Counted from the stretch's first letter, positions 9,510 to 18,001 are shown. The stretch is 32,000 nt of DNA from Bellilinea caldifistulae (GCF_001306055.1 NZ_LGHJ01000022.1:11585-43584); one strand, 5' to 3'. The notes: generated by a model from the letters alone, not told the origin. Numbers and translations: made by a program.

Positions 9510-9546
9510 TCTCTCTGAGAGTTCAGATCAGGGAGATTTTTGTTTC
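9509..9546 (+). terminator. intrinsic terminator-like hairpin plus T tract
   Basis: AUCUCUCUGA (9509-9518) pairs with UCAGGGAGAU (9528-9537) in a 10-bp stem containing one U-G pair, with a 9-nt loop. TTTTTGTTT follows immediately. Confidence 0.6.
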
Positions 9547-9556
9547 CGGTAGGACA

Positions 9557-9584
9557 TTGCGATCACCGAACCGCTTCTTAAAAT
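9557..9584 (+). promoter_or_regulatory. candidate promoter for the cyclase-family gene (TTGCGA-16 nt-TAAAAT)
   Basis: TTGCGA at 9557-9562 is followed by a 16-nt spacer and TAAAAT at 9579-9584. It lies downstream of the 9509-9546 terminator and about 24 nt upstream of the ATG, ahead of the AAGGAG SD. Confidence 0.4.
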
Positions 9585-9607
9585 CACCTAAACAAGGAGA
9601 AAAGATT

Positions 9608-10489
9608 ATGAAATTGATTGATTTAACTATTCCTCTTGGTATTGGCACTCCTCCCTGGCCGACCTATGAACCTTTGCAGGTCAAATACTTCAAACGGCTT
9701 GCCCCTAACGGCGCCAACGGCCAGGTGTTGACCCATTCTAATCATCTTGGCACTCACCTTGACGGTGAAATCCATTTTCACACCCCCGGTAAGGACATGG
9801 CATCGCTGGACATGGATTTTCTGGTGCATGAGGCGGCCATTGTTGATCTTTCGGATGTATGCGGGGACTACGATGTATATACCAGCAAAATGGTAGAAGA
9901 GCGGGTGGAAGTCAAAGAAGGTGACATCTTGATTATCCATACCGGTTATCATCATTTTGGCTGGGATCAACCGCACGCCAATGAGGTGCGTTACATGGTG
10001 ATGCACCCCGGTCCCGATCGCGAATTTGCAGACTGGGCAAAAGCCAAAAAACTTCGCTGGATTGGTGTGGATTGTGGCAGCGCTGATCATCCGATGAACA
10101 CCATCATTCGTGACTGGATGCCGCGTCAGGCACGTCAGGCGGAAAAAGTATTTCGCAAGAAATACGGCATGGGGCTGGCTGAATTTTTTGATGATAGCAA
10201 GTACCAGTTAATGCACCTTGAAATGTTCCCGTACGGGATCATCCATGCTGAATGCATTGGCGGCGACATTGACCTGCTGTTGAATCGGCGGGTGACGGTG
10301 GGGTTCTTCCCGTGGCGCTTTGTGGATGGGGAGGCCAGCATTGGACGTTGTGTGGCGATGGTCAACGATGATGAGTACGAAGAATTGATGAAGAAGAAAG
10401 CAGAACTTCCCAAGACGAAATTCGGTGATGCTTACAACCCCGCCCATATTGAGAGCATCAACGCGATTTCTAAAGCCAATTTATCTTAA
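9608..10489 (+). CDS. putative cyclase family protein (kynurenine formamidase / arylformamidase-like metal hydrolase) with a C-terminal extension
   Basis: HLGTHLDGEIHF matches the HxGTHxDxPxH-type motif of the PF04199 cyclase/formamidase family. AAGGAG lies 7 nt upstream of ATG 9608. The track ORF begins earlier, at TTG 9557. Confidence 0.75.
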   Translation: MKLIDLTIPLGIGTPPWPTYEPLQVKYFKRLAPNGANGQVLTHSNHLGTHLDGEIHFHTPGKDMASLDMDFLVHEAAIVDLSDVCGDYDVYTSKMVEERVEVKEGDILIIHTGYHHFGWDQPHANEVRYMVMHPGPDREFADWAKAKKLRWIGVDCGSADHPMNTIIRDWMPRQARQAEKVFRKKYGMGLAEFFDDSKYQLMHLEMFPYGIIHAECIGGDIDLLLNRRVTVGFFPWRFVDGEASIGRCVAMVNDDEYEELMKKKAELPKTKFGDAYNPAHIESINAISKANLS

Positions 10490-10521
10490 TTCCACTTCAA
10501 ATCAAATTCTGGAGGAATACG

Positions 10522-11304
10522 ATGAGATTACCAACCCCCGAAAAAGTCAGTGAACAGAAGATCACCTTCGATGTTGAGGAGATCGAACCCATTCTGCAAG
10601 CTCCGGCAATGGATTTGAAACCCTGGCCGGGCGCCATGGTGACACTGAAAGATGGGCGGGTCATGTATATCCGCGAAGCAAAGCTCGAAGAAGCTCCAAT
10701 GATGCTGGAATACATGAAAAAGGTCATGGAAGTAGATCACGACTTCTATGATATTGTTGGGGCGCGTGTCTATGCCGAAATTCTGGGCTGGTACCGCAAA
10801 CGCCTCAAAGATCCCTATACCCTGGTTGGGTTGATTGACGGTTTATGGGCGGGGTTTGCCAATGGGCGGCTTTTAAACGAGGACATCAACATCAGCCTGC
10901 ACACCATGGCGCTGATCCGCGGTGGCCGAATTGGAGCGGTGATGTATTATGCCAAAGCCTACTATGGATTTGAAATTTTGGGCAACAAAGAATGGTGGGC
11001 AACCTATGAAAGCTACAACGGTTGGATGCGCTGGGGGATTGGTATGGCACAACCGAGTTATCCATGGCCGGAATATCAGCATGAGCTGGGCGGAGCCCGT
11101 GTTTATTATGTGACCAAGAAATACTGGGATAAAGTCGTAAAAGACTACATCCGCCAGATGGCCGGAACGGAACTGGTATTTGATGTACCGGATGAAGTCA
11201 TCAAAGCCAATGAGGTCATGCGGGTACCAGACGAAGTTTTGGTATACAGAATTATCCACAGTAGAGCAGAGCCAGTCCGACTGGCTCTGCTCATTTTTGC
11301 GTGA
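10522..11304 (+). CDS. hypothetical protein, possibly GNAT-fold acyltransferase-like
   Basis: A GGAGG SD lies 6 nt upstream of the ATG. VTLKDGRVMYIREAKLEEAPMMLEYMKKV and ALIRGGRIGAVMYYAKAYYGFEILG loosely resemble a GNAT N-terminal strand and motif A. I recognise no firm family. Confidence 0.55.
   Translation: MRLPTPEKVSEQKITFDVEEIEPILQAPAMDLKPWPGAMVTLKDGRVMYIREAKLEEAPMMLEYMKKVMEVDHDFYDIVGARVYAEILGWYRKRLKDPYTLVGLIDGLWAGFANGRLLNEDINISLHTMALIRGGRIGAVMYYAKAYYGFEILGNKEWWATYESYNGWMRWGIGMAQPSYPWPEYQHELGGARVYYVTKKYWDKVVKDYIRQMAGTELVFDVPDEVIKANEVMRVPDEVLVYRIIHSRAEPVRLALLIFA
11264..11298 (+). terminator. intrinsic terminator hairpin embedded in the last 14 codons of the upstream CDS
   Basis: GAGCAGAGCCAG (11264-11275) and CTGGCTCTGCTC (11281-11292) form a perfect 12-bp GC-rich stem around the loop TCCGA. 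ATTTTTG follows. Confidence 0.6.
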
Positions 11305-12398
11305 TGAAACCGATGCAGTACCCCAGAAACATTTTCCGGCGTAAAGCACTGACCGCTTTTGGGCGGTTAATTCTTCCTTTACTGGCAGAGATTAAGACCA
11401 GCGGCCTTCACCGGTTGCCCCGTAAAGGGCCAGCTATTCTGGCAGGTAATCACGAGAATATTGTAGAAGTGGTCTTGATGGCAGTCTATTCTCCGGCCAT
11501 TGTCGAATTTTTAGGTACAGGTGATGTGCCGATTGATCCGCGATTTAGATGGCTGGCTGATCTGTATCAGTTTATTCCGGTCAAGCGGGGTAATATCGAT
11601 CGAACGGCAATTTATGCTGCGCTGGAGGTGTTGAAGGCCAATGGCGTTGTTGGAATTTTTCCACAAGGGGGTATCTGGGGCGCTGATATGAAGAGCGGAA
11701 GGAGCGGTGTGGCAGTCTTGAGCTATCTATCTGGAGCGCCAGTATACCCGATTGGTTTTGGCGGGTTGAAGGGTGCGCTGAGCAAGATGATGCATTTCAA
11801 GAGGCCGCGTTTGACCCTGCGGGTGGGCGATCCTCTCCAAATGACAACGGGTGAGCATAACAAATCCATCTCTAAGAATGACCTCGACCGGTTTTCTTCC
11901 CTGGTGATGGAACGAATAGTCGAGTTGTTGCCGCCTGAAGAACAAAAATCAACCCGAAAAGTGCAGGAAAATTTTGATGTAGAGGTTTTCGTTCGAAAGA
12001 ACGGCGATTATTCAGAAGTAAAATTGATGCTGGATGAACAAACAAGGCTTGGATTGGGTGTTTTATTCCACTATCCGGTTCTGCTGGATACCTTCAAACG
12101 CAACTTGGGCCTTCCGGTGGGATGTTTACAACAAATTGGTGAGCCCATCTTGGTTCAAGAGGTGCATGAGGCAATAGGCGCTATTCTCGATTATCTGGAA
12201 CGGGAAAACCCCGGTTTCTTCACCTATCGTTTCGGGATCGACCGGGGGATTTTAATAAAGAATGCCCTTGAAGTCTTCAGGTTGTGTGCAGAACAACATT
12301 TGGAGGATCGAATTTTCGTCTTTCCAATTTATGAATACTCCGAAAATGGTCACTTAATACGCCTTCGAGGAGTAGATTCTCTTCATCCGCCAGCTTGA
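11304..12398 (+). CDS. lysophospholipid/glycerolipid acyltransferase (PlsC/LPLAT) family protein with an uncharacterised C-terminal ~170-aa domain
   Basis: Block I is AILAGNHENIVE (the HX4D position reads HX4E). FIPVKRG and VGIFPQGG correspond to LPLAT blocks II and III. ATG 11304 overlaps the upstream TGA by 1 nt, and there is an alternative GTG at 11301. Confidence 0.7.
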   Translation: MKPMQYPRNIFRRKALTAFGRLILPLLAEIKTSGLHRLPRKGPAILAGNHENIVEVVLMAVYSPAIVEFLGTGDVPIDPRFRWLADLYQFIPVKRGNIDRTAIYAALEVLKANGVVGIFPQGGIWGADMKSGRSGVAVLSYLSGAPVYPIGFGGLKGALSKMMHFKRPRLTLRVGDPLQMTTGEHNKSISKNDLDRFSSLVMERIVELLPPEEQKSTRKVQENFDVEVFVRKNGDYSEVKLMLDEQTRLGLGVLFHYPVLLDTFKRNLGLPVGCLQQIGEPILVQEVHEAIGAILDYLERENPGFFTYRFGIDRGILIKNALEVFRLCAEQHLEDRIFVFPIYEYSENGHLIRLRGVDSLHPPA

Positions 12399-13624
12399 AT
12401 TGGAACCCGCTTCTCGTTTAGGTCGAAATTTCGGATAGCCATTGAGGCAATGGTTTTTCCAATGCTGAGCGAAGCAGTCGCGGCTGGTGACGGAGCGTTC
12501 AGCACATGAATCATTCCGGCGGCTTCGACAATTCGGAAGTCATCCACGAGAGCGCCACTGGGTTCAAGAGCCTGAGCACGAACACCGGCTCCGCTACGAT
12601 GAACATCTTCCATCCCAAGATCCGGGATTAATTTCTGCAAAGCAGAAACAAAAGCGCGTTTGGAAAGCGATCGGTAAAATTCGTCGAAACCCATCCGCCA
12701 GTATTTCAATCCCATCCGCCAAAATCCGATGAAGGTGGCATAAGTCAACATATCGGGGATAGAAATATCGCTAATCTTATACCCTTCCCGCTTAAAAGCC
12801 AGAACTGCATTCGGGCCGGCTTCGATGCCCCCGGTCACCCGGCGGGTGAAGTGTACCCCGAGGAAGGGGAAACGAGGATCAGGGACAGGGTAAATCAAAT
12901 TCTTAACCAGATAGTGTTTTTCGGGAATGATATCGTAATATTCCCCACGGAAGGGGATGATCTGCAAACCGGGATTGACTCCGCACTTTTTGGCAATTCG
13001 ATCTGAGTACAAACCACCACAATTGATCAGATAACGGCTCTTAACTTCACCGCTGCTGGTATGGAGAATAAGCTCATCGCCTTTAAGGGTTAGAGATTGG
13101 AAAGCGCTGTTGGTCAAAATTTGACCGCCTTCGGAACGGAATATTTCAGCGTATTTTTCAACAACCTGCACATAATCTACAATTCCGGTTTGAGGTACAT
13201 AAATTCCGGCCAATCCAGTCGCATGGGGTTCATATTCTCTGATTTCAGCGGAGGACAGGCGGCGTAAGCCGGTTAATCCGTTTGCCTGTCCGCGCTCGAG
13301 CAGGGCATCCAGTCGGGGCAACTCATCCGGCGTGGTGGCTACAATCACTTTACCGCAGTTTTCATGGCGGATGTTGTGTTCCTGACAGAATTGATAAAGG
13401 GCTTGTCTTCCCTCAACGCAGTTCCGGGCTTTGAGTGATCCGGGCTTGTAGTAAATTCCAGAGTGAATGACACCGCTGTTGTTTCCGGTTTGATGGGCAG
13501 CCAGTTTCTTTTCCGCTTCCAGCACCACAATTTTGGCTGAAGTTTGTCTGGAAAGCGCCAGGGCAGTTGCCATACCAACAATCCCACCGCCGATGATTGC
13601 TATATCAAAGGTTCTTTCACTCAT
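12383..13624 (-). CDS. lhgO: L-2-hydroxyglutarate oxidase/dehydrogenase (FAD-dependent)
   Basis: The N-terminal FAD fold is FDIAIIGGGIVGMATALAL. HQTGNNSGVIHSGIYYKPGSLKA is typical of LhgO/YgaF. The length is 413 aa. Confidence 0.85.
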   Translation of the reverse strand: MSERTFDIAIIGGGIVGMATALALSRQTSAKIVVLEAEKKLAAHQTGNNSGVIHSGIYYKPGSLKARNCVEGRQALYQFCQEHNIRHENCGKVIVATTPDELPRLDALLERGQANGLTGLRRLSSAEIREYEPHATGLAGIYVPQTGIVDYVQVVEKYAEIFRSEGGQILTNSAFQSLTLKGDELILHTSSGEVKSRYLINCGGLYSDRIAKKCGVNPGLQIIPFRGEYYDIIPEKHYLVKNLIYPVPDPRFPFLGVHFTRRVTGGIEAGPNAVLAFKREGYKISDISIPDMLTYATFIGFWRMGLKYWRMGFDEFYRSLSKRAFVSALQKLIPDLGMEDVHRSGAGVRAQALEPSGALVDDFRIVEAAGMIHVLNAPSPAATASLSIGKTIASMAIRNFDLNEKRVPIQAGG

Positions 13625-13751
13625 GGATCAACCTCACAGAGAAGGGAATTTTGGGTAATGAAGATAGACATTGTAAAATCATTATACCTTACCGGCTGTT
13701 GATGTCACTCGCACAACGGTAGTGATTTTCAGGTGATAACCGAGTGATTTC

Positions 13752-14417
13752 TTAATTCAACCAGGCTGAAAGGTTAGCCTGATTGGGGGTGGATTTCATC
13801 AGGTGTTTGATCACCGAAATTTCCCGCCGGTAAAGGCGGGTAAGTTTATAGAGCAGATGAGCGGTTGTCTCAGATTCGAGCAAATCCTGTTTTTCATGCA
13901 GGGGAATTTGAAGCAGTGAGGCAGCCATATACAATTTGACCAGCGGATCTTCAGGCAGCTCGAGATGACTAATTTCTACATGCAATTCTTCATCGGATAG
14001 TGAGTTAAGTGTCTTTAAGTAGCGGAAGATCCACGGCTGAAAAGCCCGAACTCCCCGGGCAACCGCAAGTGTATGGGGTTCTTCCATTGGGAAAATTTCC
14101 ACCATACCGGTGAGGTAGGGAAGATCGTAATTCAGGGAATGGATTTTGAAACGCTCTTCGCCAATGGAGAGGATGTTCATGCGCCCATCTTCCAGCCTTT
14201 CGGCTTGTATGATATTGGCTGTGCAGCCAACAGTGTACGGTTTAGCCAGAGGGCCTAAAGCCTCCAATCCCTGTCTGATCAGAACCACCCCAAATGGTTG
14301 TTTTTCGGAGATGCAACGTTGAATCATCAGGCGATACCTTGCTTCAAAGATATGAAGCGGCAGCGGCATGCCCGGGAATAAGACCGTGTGTAGAGGAAAT
14401 AAGCAAAGTTCGCGCAT
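13752..14417 (-). CDS. LON peptidase N-terminal substrate-binding domain protein
   Basis: LFPLHTVLFPGMPLPLHIFEARYRLMI is the characteristic start of a LON N-domain. At 221 aa it has no ATPase or protease domain. Confidence 0.8.
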   Translation of the reverse strand: MRELCLFPLHTVLFPGMPLPLHIFEARYRLMIQRCISEKQPFGVVLIRQGLEALGPLAKPYTVGCTANIIQAERLEDGRMNILSIGEERFKIHSLNYDLPYLTGMVEIFPMEEPHTLAVARGVRAFQPWIFRYLKTLNSLSDEELHVEISHLELPEDPLVKLYMAASLLQIPLHEKQDLLESETTAHLLYKLTRLYRREISVIKHLMKSTPNQANLSAWLN

Positions 14418-14474
14418 AAGGATTGATTAATTTCTCCTCTAACTTTAAAGCCAATTAAGAATCGTTGCCAGTCC

Positions 14475-14503
14475 TTGTATGAGGTTTCTTCTGCCGTTAT
14501 AAT
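14475..14503 (+). promoter_or_regulatory. candidate promoter (TTGTAT-17 nt-TATAAT) placing the TSS at or near the ATG at 14510
   Basis: The -10 TATAAT at 14498-14503 ends 6 nt before the A of ATG 14510. No SD lies between them. Confidence 0.35.
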
Positions 14504-14509
14504 CACGAC

Positions 14510-14776
14510 ATGGAATACGAACGCCCCCACATGGATTTTCCAACCATTTTTCGCTTAAGAGTGATTGGTGCCAATCAAGATGATTTTGCCACATTCGTCA
14601 TGGTAGAGGTGCGCAAACATGTCCCTGATTTGACGGAGGATGGCATTGAAGCGAGACCCAGCAACGGCGGTAAGTATCTGGCCGTCAAGGTGTCCTTTGT
14701 GGCTGAATCGCGCGAGCAACTGGATGCCATTTATGCTCACTTGAGCGCTCAGGATCGGGTAATTTATTTGCTGTAA
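14510..14776 (+). CDS. YbeD-like (DUF493/UPF0250) small protein
   Basis: FPTIFRLRVIGANQDDFATFVMVEVRKHVPD...YLAVKVSFVAESREQLDAIYAHLSAQDRVIYLL fits the size and pattern of the YbeD family. An alternative ATG lies at 14531. Confidence 0.65.
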   Translation: MEYERPHMDFPTIFRLRVIGANQDDFATFVMVEVRKHVPDLTEDGIEARPSNGGKYLAVKVSFVAESREQLDAIYAHLSAQDRVIYLL

Positions 14777-14812
14777 CAAGCAATGAATTCGTGAAATTTT
14801 CTTACTTCAAGA

Positions 14813-15445
14813 CTAACGGGCCTGCATCCATCGGCCGCTGATCATCTTTTCGATTGCGAATATCCCACGATTGAAAAAAAGCGCCAGCAAGCCAACAAAA
14901 ATTGCGCCGACCCAGATTTTATCCATTCTGCCGGCCTGAGCAATTCCCTCGAACAATAAAACACCAAGACCGCCCGCGCCAAATTTTGCACCAATTGTGG
15001 CAATGGCAACGGAAATGACGCTTGCCAGCCGCACACCGGCTAAAATGACCGGCAGAGCAATTGGAATTTGAATTTTGACCGCTATTTGAAGGCGATTCAT
15101 GCCCATGCCACGGGCAGCCTCTATGATGGCGGGGTCAATGGTTTTAAAACCGGCAAGGATATTTCTCAAAAGAATAATCTGGCTGTAAATCACCAGTGCA
15201 GCCATTACGGAGCGAGCATTCAACCCCAAAAACGGGATCAAAAAAATCATCATGGCGATGCTGGGAATGGTATAGAGGATGTTGTTGAGTGGAATAACAA
15301 TACTTGCCAGGCGCTGATAGCGATTAATCAACCATCCCAAAGGCAGAGCAATCAGAAAAGCAATTCCTACCGGTAGAATTGCCAGCTGAAAGTGACGGAA
15401 TGTCAGTTGCAGGATGTATTCAAAATTGTTTAGCAGGTAGTTCAT
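14813..15445 (-). CDS. osmoprotectant (glycine betaine/choline/carnitine-type) ABC transporter permease
   Basis: It is a BPD-type permease with the EAA loop IEAARGMGMNRLQIAVKIQIPIALP, and is paralogous to 17345-18001. Confidence 0.85.
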   Translation of the reverse strand: MNYLLNNFEYILQLTFRHFQLAILPVGIAFLIALPLGWLINRYQRLASIVIPLNNILYTIPSIAMMIFLIPFLGLNARSVMAALVIYSQIILLRNILAGFKTIDPAIIEAARGMGMNRLQIAVKIQIPIALPVILAGVRLASVISVAIATIGAKFGAGGLGVLLFEGIAQAGRMDKIWVGAIFVGLLALFFNRGIFAIEKMISGRWMQAR

Positions 15446-15448
15446 ATC

Positions 15449-16405
15449 CTATGCGGAAAGGCAACCGACTTTTCTTAATTCTTCAAAAGTGATGTAGCCA
15501 ATTGGATTCCCTTCCTGGCATACCAATACTGTATCTGAGGCGGGTGAAAGCATCAAAGAGAGAACTCGTTTCAGGTCCGTGCCGAGCGGTACCCGGGGTA
15601 GCCGGTTGGAATGTATGGTCGAATCCAGGGGTTTCATGACGGTTTCAACCCGCACCAGCGACAACTGACGGATGCGGTCATCGGTATTAAGTAATTGCCG
15701 GACGAAATCACCGGCGGGGTTAGCCAGCAGGTTACAGGGTGTATCTTTCTGTACCAGGCGGCCTTTGTCCAGCACGATGATTTCATCGGCCAATTTCAAT
15801 GCTTCTTCAACATCGTGAGTTACAAATAAAATCGTTTTTTTCAACCGGCGTTGCAGCTCAAGCAGTTGATCTTGTAAACTTTCGCGTGTGATGGCGTCAA
15901 TAGCGCCAAAAGGCTCATCCATCAGCATTACTTCGGGGTCAGCGGCAAGAGCGCGTGCCAACCCTACCCTTTGCTGCTGTCCACCGGAAAGTTGTGCCGG
16001 ATAACGGTTGCGGAAATCCAATGGAAGATGAACCAGGTCGAGCAGTTCGTTAACCCGCTGATTAATGCGCTGCCTGTCCCAGCCCAACAGGTCCGGTACA
16101 ACAGCGATATTTTTGGCAATGCTTAAATGGGGAAAAAGGCCGACCTGTTGAATCACATAGCCAATATTACGGCGCAACTGGTTAACCGGTATGGATTGTA
16201 TATCCACTCCATCCAGCAGAATTTTTCCGCTGGTGGGTTCGTGTAGCCGGTTGACCATCTTCAGCAAGGTGGTTTTTCCGCAGCCGGAAGGACCCAACAA
16301 AACTACGATGGATCCTTCCGGGATTTCCAGTGTGATATTGTCAACGGCAGGTGCTGTTGTGCCGGGGTATTGTTTGCTGACATTGACAAATTGAATGGCT
16401 GCCAT
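15449..16405 (-). CDS. osmoprotectant ABC transporter ATP-binding protein (OpuCA/OpuBA-like)
   Basis: Walker A is GPSGCGKTT, the signature is LSGGQQQRV and Walker B is MLMDEPFGAID. A C-terminal regulatory tail is present. Confidence 0.9.
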   Translation of the reverse strand: MAAIQFVNVSKQYPGTTAPAVDNITLEIPEGSIVVLLGPSGCGKTTLLKMVNRLHEPTSGKILLDGVDIQSIPVNQLRRNIGYVIQQVGLFPHLSIAKNIAVVPDLLGWDRQRINQRVNELLDLVHLPLDFRNRYPAQLSGGQQQRVGLARALAADPEVMLMDEPFGAIDAITRESLQDQLLELQRRLKKTILFVTHDVEEALKLADEIIVLDKGRLVQKDTPCNLLANPAGDFVRQLLNTDDRIRQLSLVRVETVMKPLDSTIHSNRLPRVPLGTDLKRVLSLMLSPASDTVLVCQEGNPIGYITFEELRKVGCLSA

Positions 16406-16411
16406 TTTTGT

Positions 16412-17320
16412 TTATTTAATCAATCCTTGCTGTTGTAAAAATTCTTTGGCAACATCTGCCGGCTCGCGCTGTTTACCAGAAACCTCAAAGTTTAATTGCT
16501 GCATCACTTCATCCGTCAACAAGGGCGCCAAGCCATTTAAAATTTCGGCAATTTTGGGATTGGAGTCCAACACCTCTTTGCGTATGACCGGCGCAACCTG
16601 ATAAGGGGGCCAAAGGCCCTTATCGTCTTTCAGGATGACCAGATCGAAGGCAGCAATTTCACCGTCGGTTCCGAAGGCAACCGTCACATCCGCCTGTCCT
16701 TCATTGATTGCCTGATAGCGAAGTCCGGGATCAACTGATTTGTATTCTTTGAAATTAAAATCACCATACACTTTACGCATGCCAGGCAAACCGTCCTCGC
16801 GTTCTTGAAATTCGGGCGGTCCAACCATGACAAGGTTTGAAGCCTGGGCAACCAGATCGGATACGGTTTCAATTCCCAAATCTTGGGCACGGGTGCGTTT
16901 CATGGCGACGGCCTGCGTGTTGTTCATTGGGGCGGGATCCAACCACACCAGATTGAAGCGGCTGGCATATTCGTTTTTGACAGTGTTATACACTGCGACA
17001 GGGTCGGTGTTGACGGGCAGTTTTAGAACGGTCAGTAATCCTGTGCCGGTGTACTCTGGATATAAATCAATCTCGTTGGATTCGAGAGCTTTTTGAGCGA
17101 TGGGGGTGCCGCCGAGGTTCAACTTCCGTTCGACCTTAAAGCCGTTGTATTCCAGAAGTTGGGCGTACATTTCACCCAGAATAAATTGTTCGGTGAAATC
17201 TTTCGATGCAACGCGGATTATGGTTTGTGAGGGGGTGTTTGCGCCTGGCGAGCAGGATACCAGTACTGCCAGTATCAGGAAAGCACCTAACAGGGTTTTT
17301 AAGAAGTTCGGTTGTTTCAT
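16412..17320 (-). CDS. glycine betaine/osmoprotectant substrate-binding lipoprotein (OpuAC-fold)
   Basis: The lipobox is ILAVLVSCS. The pattern SKDFTEQFILGEMYAQLLE...DLYPEYTGTGL is typical of OpuBC/OpuCC/OsmX binding proteins. Confidence 0.85.
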   Translation of the reverse strand: MKQPNFLKTLLGAFLILAVLVSCSPGANTPSQTIIRVASKDFTEQFILGEMYAQLLEYNGFKVERKLNLGGTPIAQKALESNEIDLYPEYTGTGLLTVLKLPVNTDPVAVYNTVKNEYASRFNLVWLDPAPMNNTQAVAMKRTRAQDLGIETVSDLVAQASNLVMVGPPEFQEREDGLPGMRKVYGDFNFKEYKSVDPGLRYQAINEGQADVTVAFGTDGEIAAFDLVILKDDKGLWPPYQVAPVIRKEVLDSNPKIAEILNGLAPLLTDEVMQQLNFEVSGKQREPADVAKEFLQQQGLIK

Positions 17321-17344
17321 GTGACACCTCGTTTTATTTTCCTT

Positions 17345-18001
17345 TCAGGTTTTTATGGGTTGGAGCGTTTTTTGAAGCAGGGCAAGCAACCCTTCGACTG
17401 CTAATGTGATCAGAGCTACCGGGATAGCCCCTACGAAAAGTATGCTGTAATCATACAGTGCAAATCCGCGGGTGATGTAGATCCCTAATCCACCGCTACC
17501 TACGAAGGCTGCCAGAGTTGCGCTGGCAATCACATCTACTGCCGAAATGCGAACGCCGGTCAGAATCACAGGAATTGCAAGGGGAAATTCAACCTTAATC
17601 AATCTCTGGAAAGCCGACATTCCCATGCCGCGGGCTGCTTCGATAATGGCTGGTTCAAGGGTGCGGAAGGCGGCATCGGTGTTGATCAGTACCGGCGGCA
17701 TTGCCAGAATCGTCAAAGCGACAATGGCCGAGGTAGAGGTCAATCCCAGATAGGGGATGATCAGAAACAACACCGCCAGACTGGGGATTACCCGTAAACC
17801 ATTTACCAGATTCATCAGGGTAAGAGAGGCAAAACGCGATTTAGAGGTCCAGATTCCTAAGGGAACGCAAACTAAGATGGCAAGCCCAATGGCAATCCCA
17901 GCCAAAATGAGGTGATCTACTACTGCACCCCAAAATTCGGTTTGGCGGTTGAGAAAGTAGAGATAACTTTGCCACAGAGTGTGGATGAGCGTATCTACCA
18001 A
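17345..18001 (-). CDS. osmoprotectant ABC transporter permease
   Basis: The EAA loop is IEAARGMGMSAFQRLIKVEFPLAIP. Its TTG start at 18001 overlaps the TAG stop of the DUF427 gene (TTGGTAG). Confidence 0.85.
   Translation of the reverse strand: MVDTLIHTLWQSYLYFLNRQTEFWGAVVDHLILAGIAIGLAILVCVPLGIWTSKSRFASLTLMNLVNGLRVIPSLAVLFLIIPYLGLTSTSAIVALTILAMPPVLINTDAAFRTLEPAIIEAARGMGMSAFQRLIKVEFPLAIPVILTGVRISAVDVIASATLAAFVGSGGLGIYITRGFALYDYSILFVGAIPVALITLAVEGLLALLQKTLQPIKT

Noticed and set aside
12383-12398. 16-nt overlap of the convergent PlsC-like and lhgO genes as a possible antisense regulatory device
   Set aside because: Short 3'-3' overlaps are common in compact genomes. No hairpin or other structure is visible there, so nothing beyond compaction is supported.
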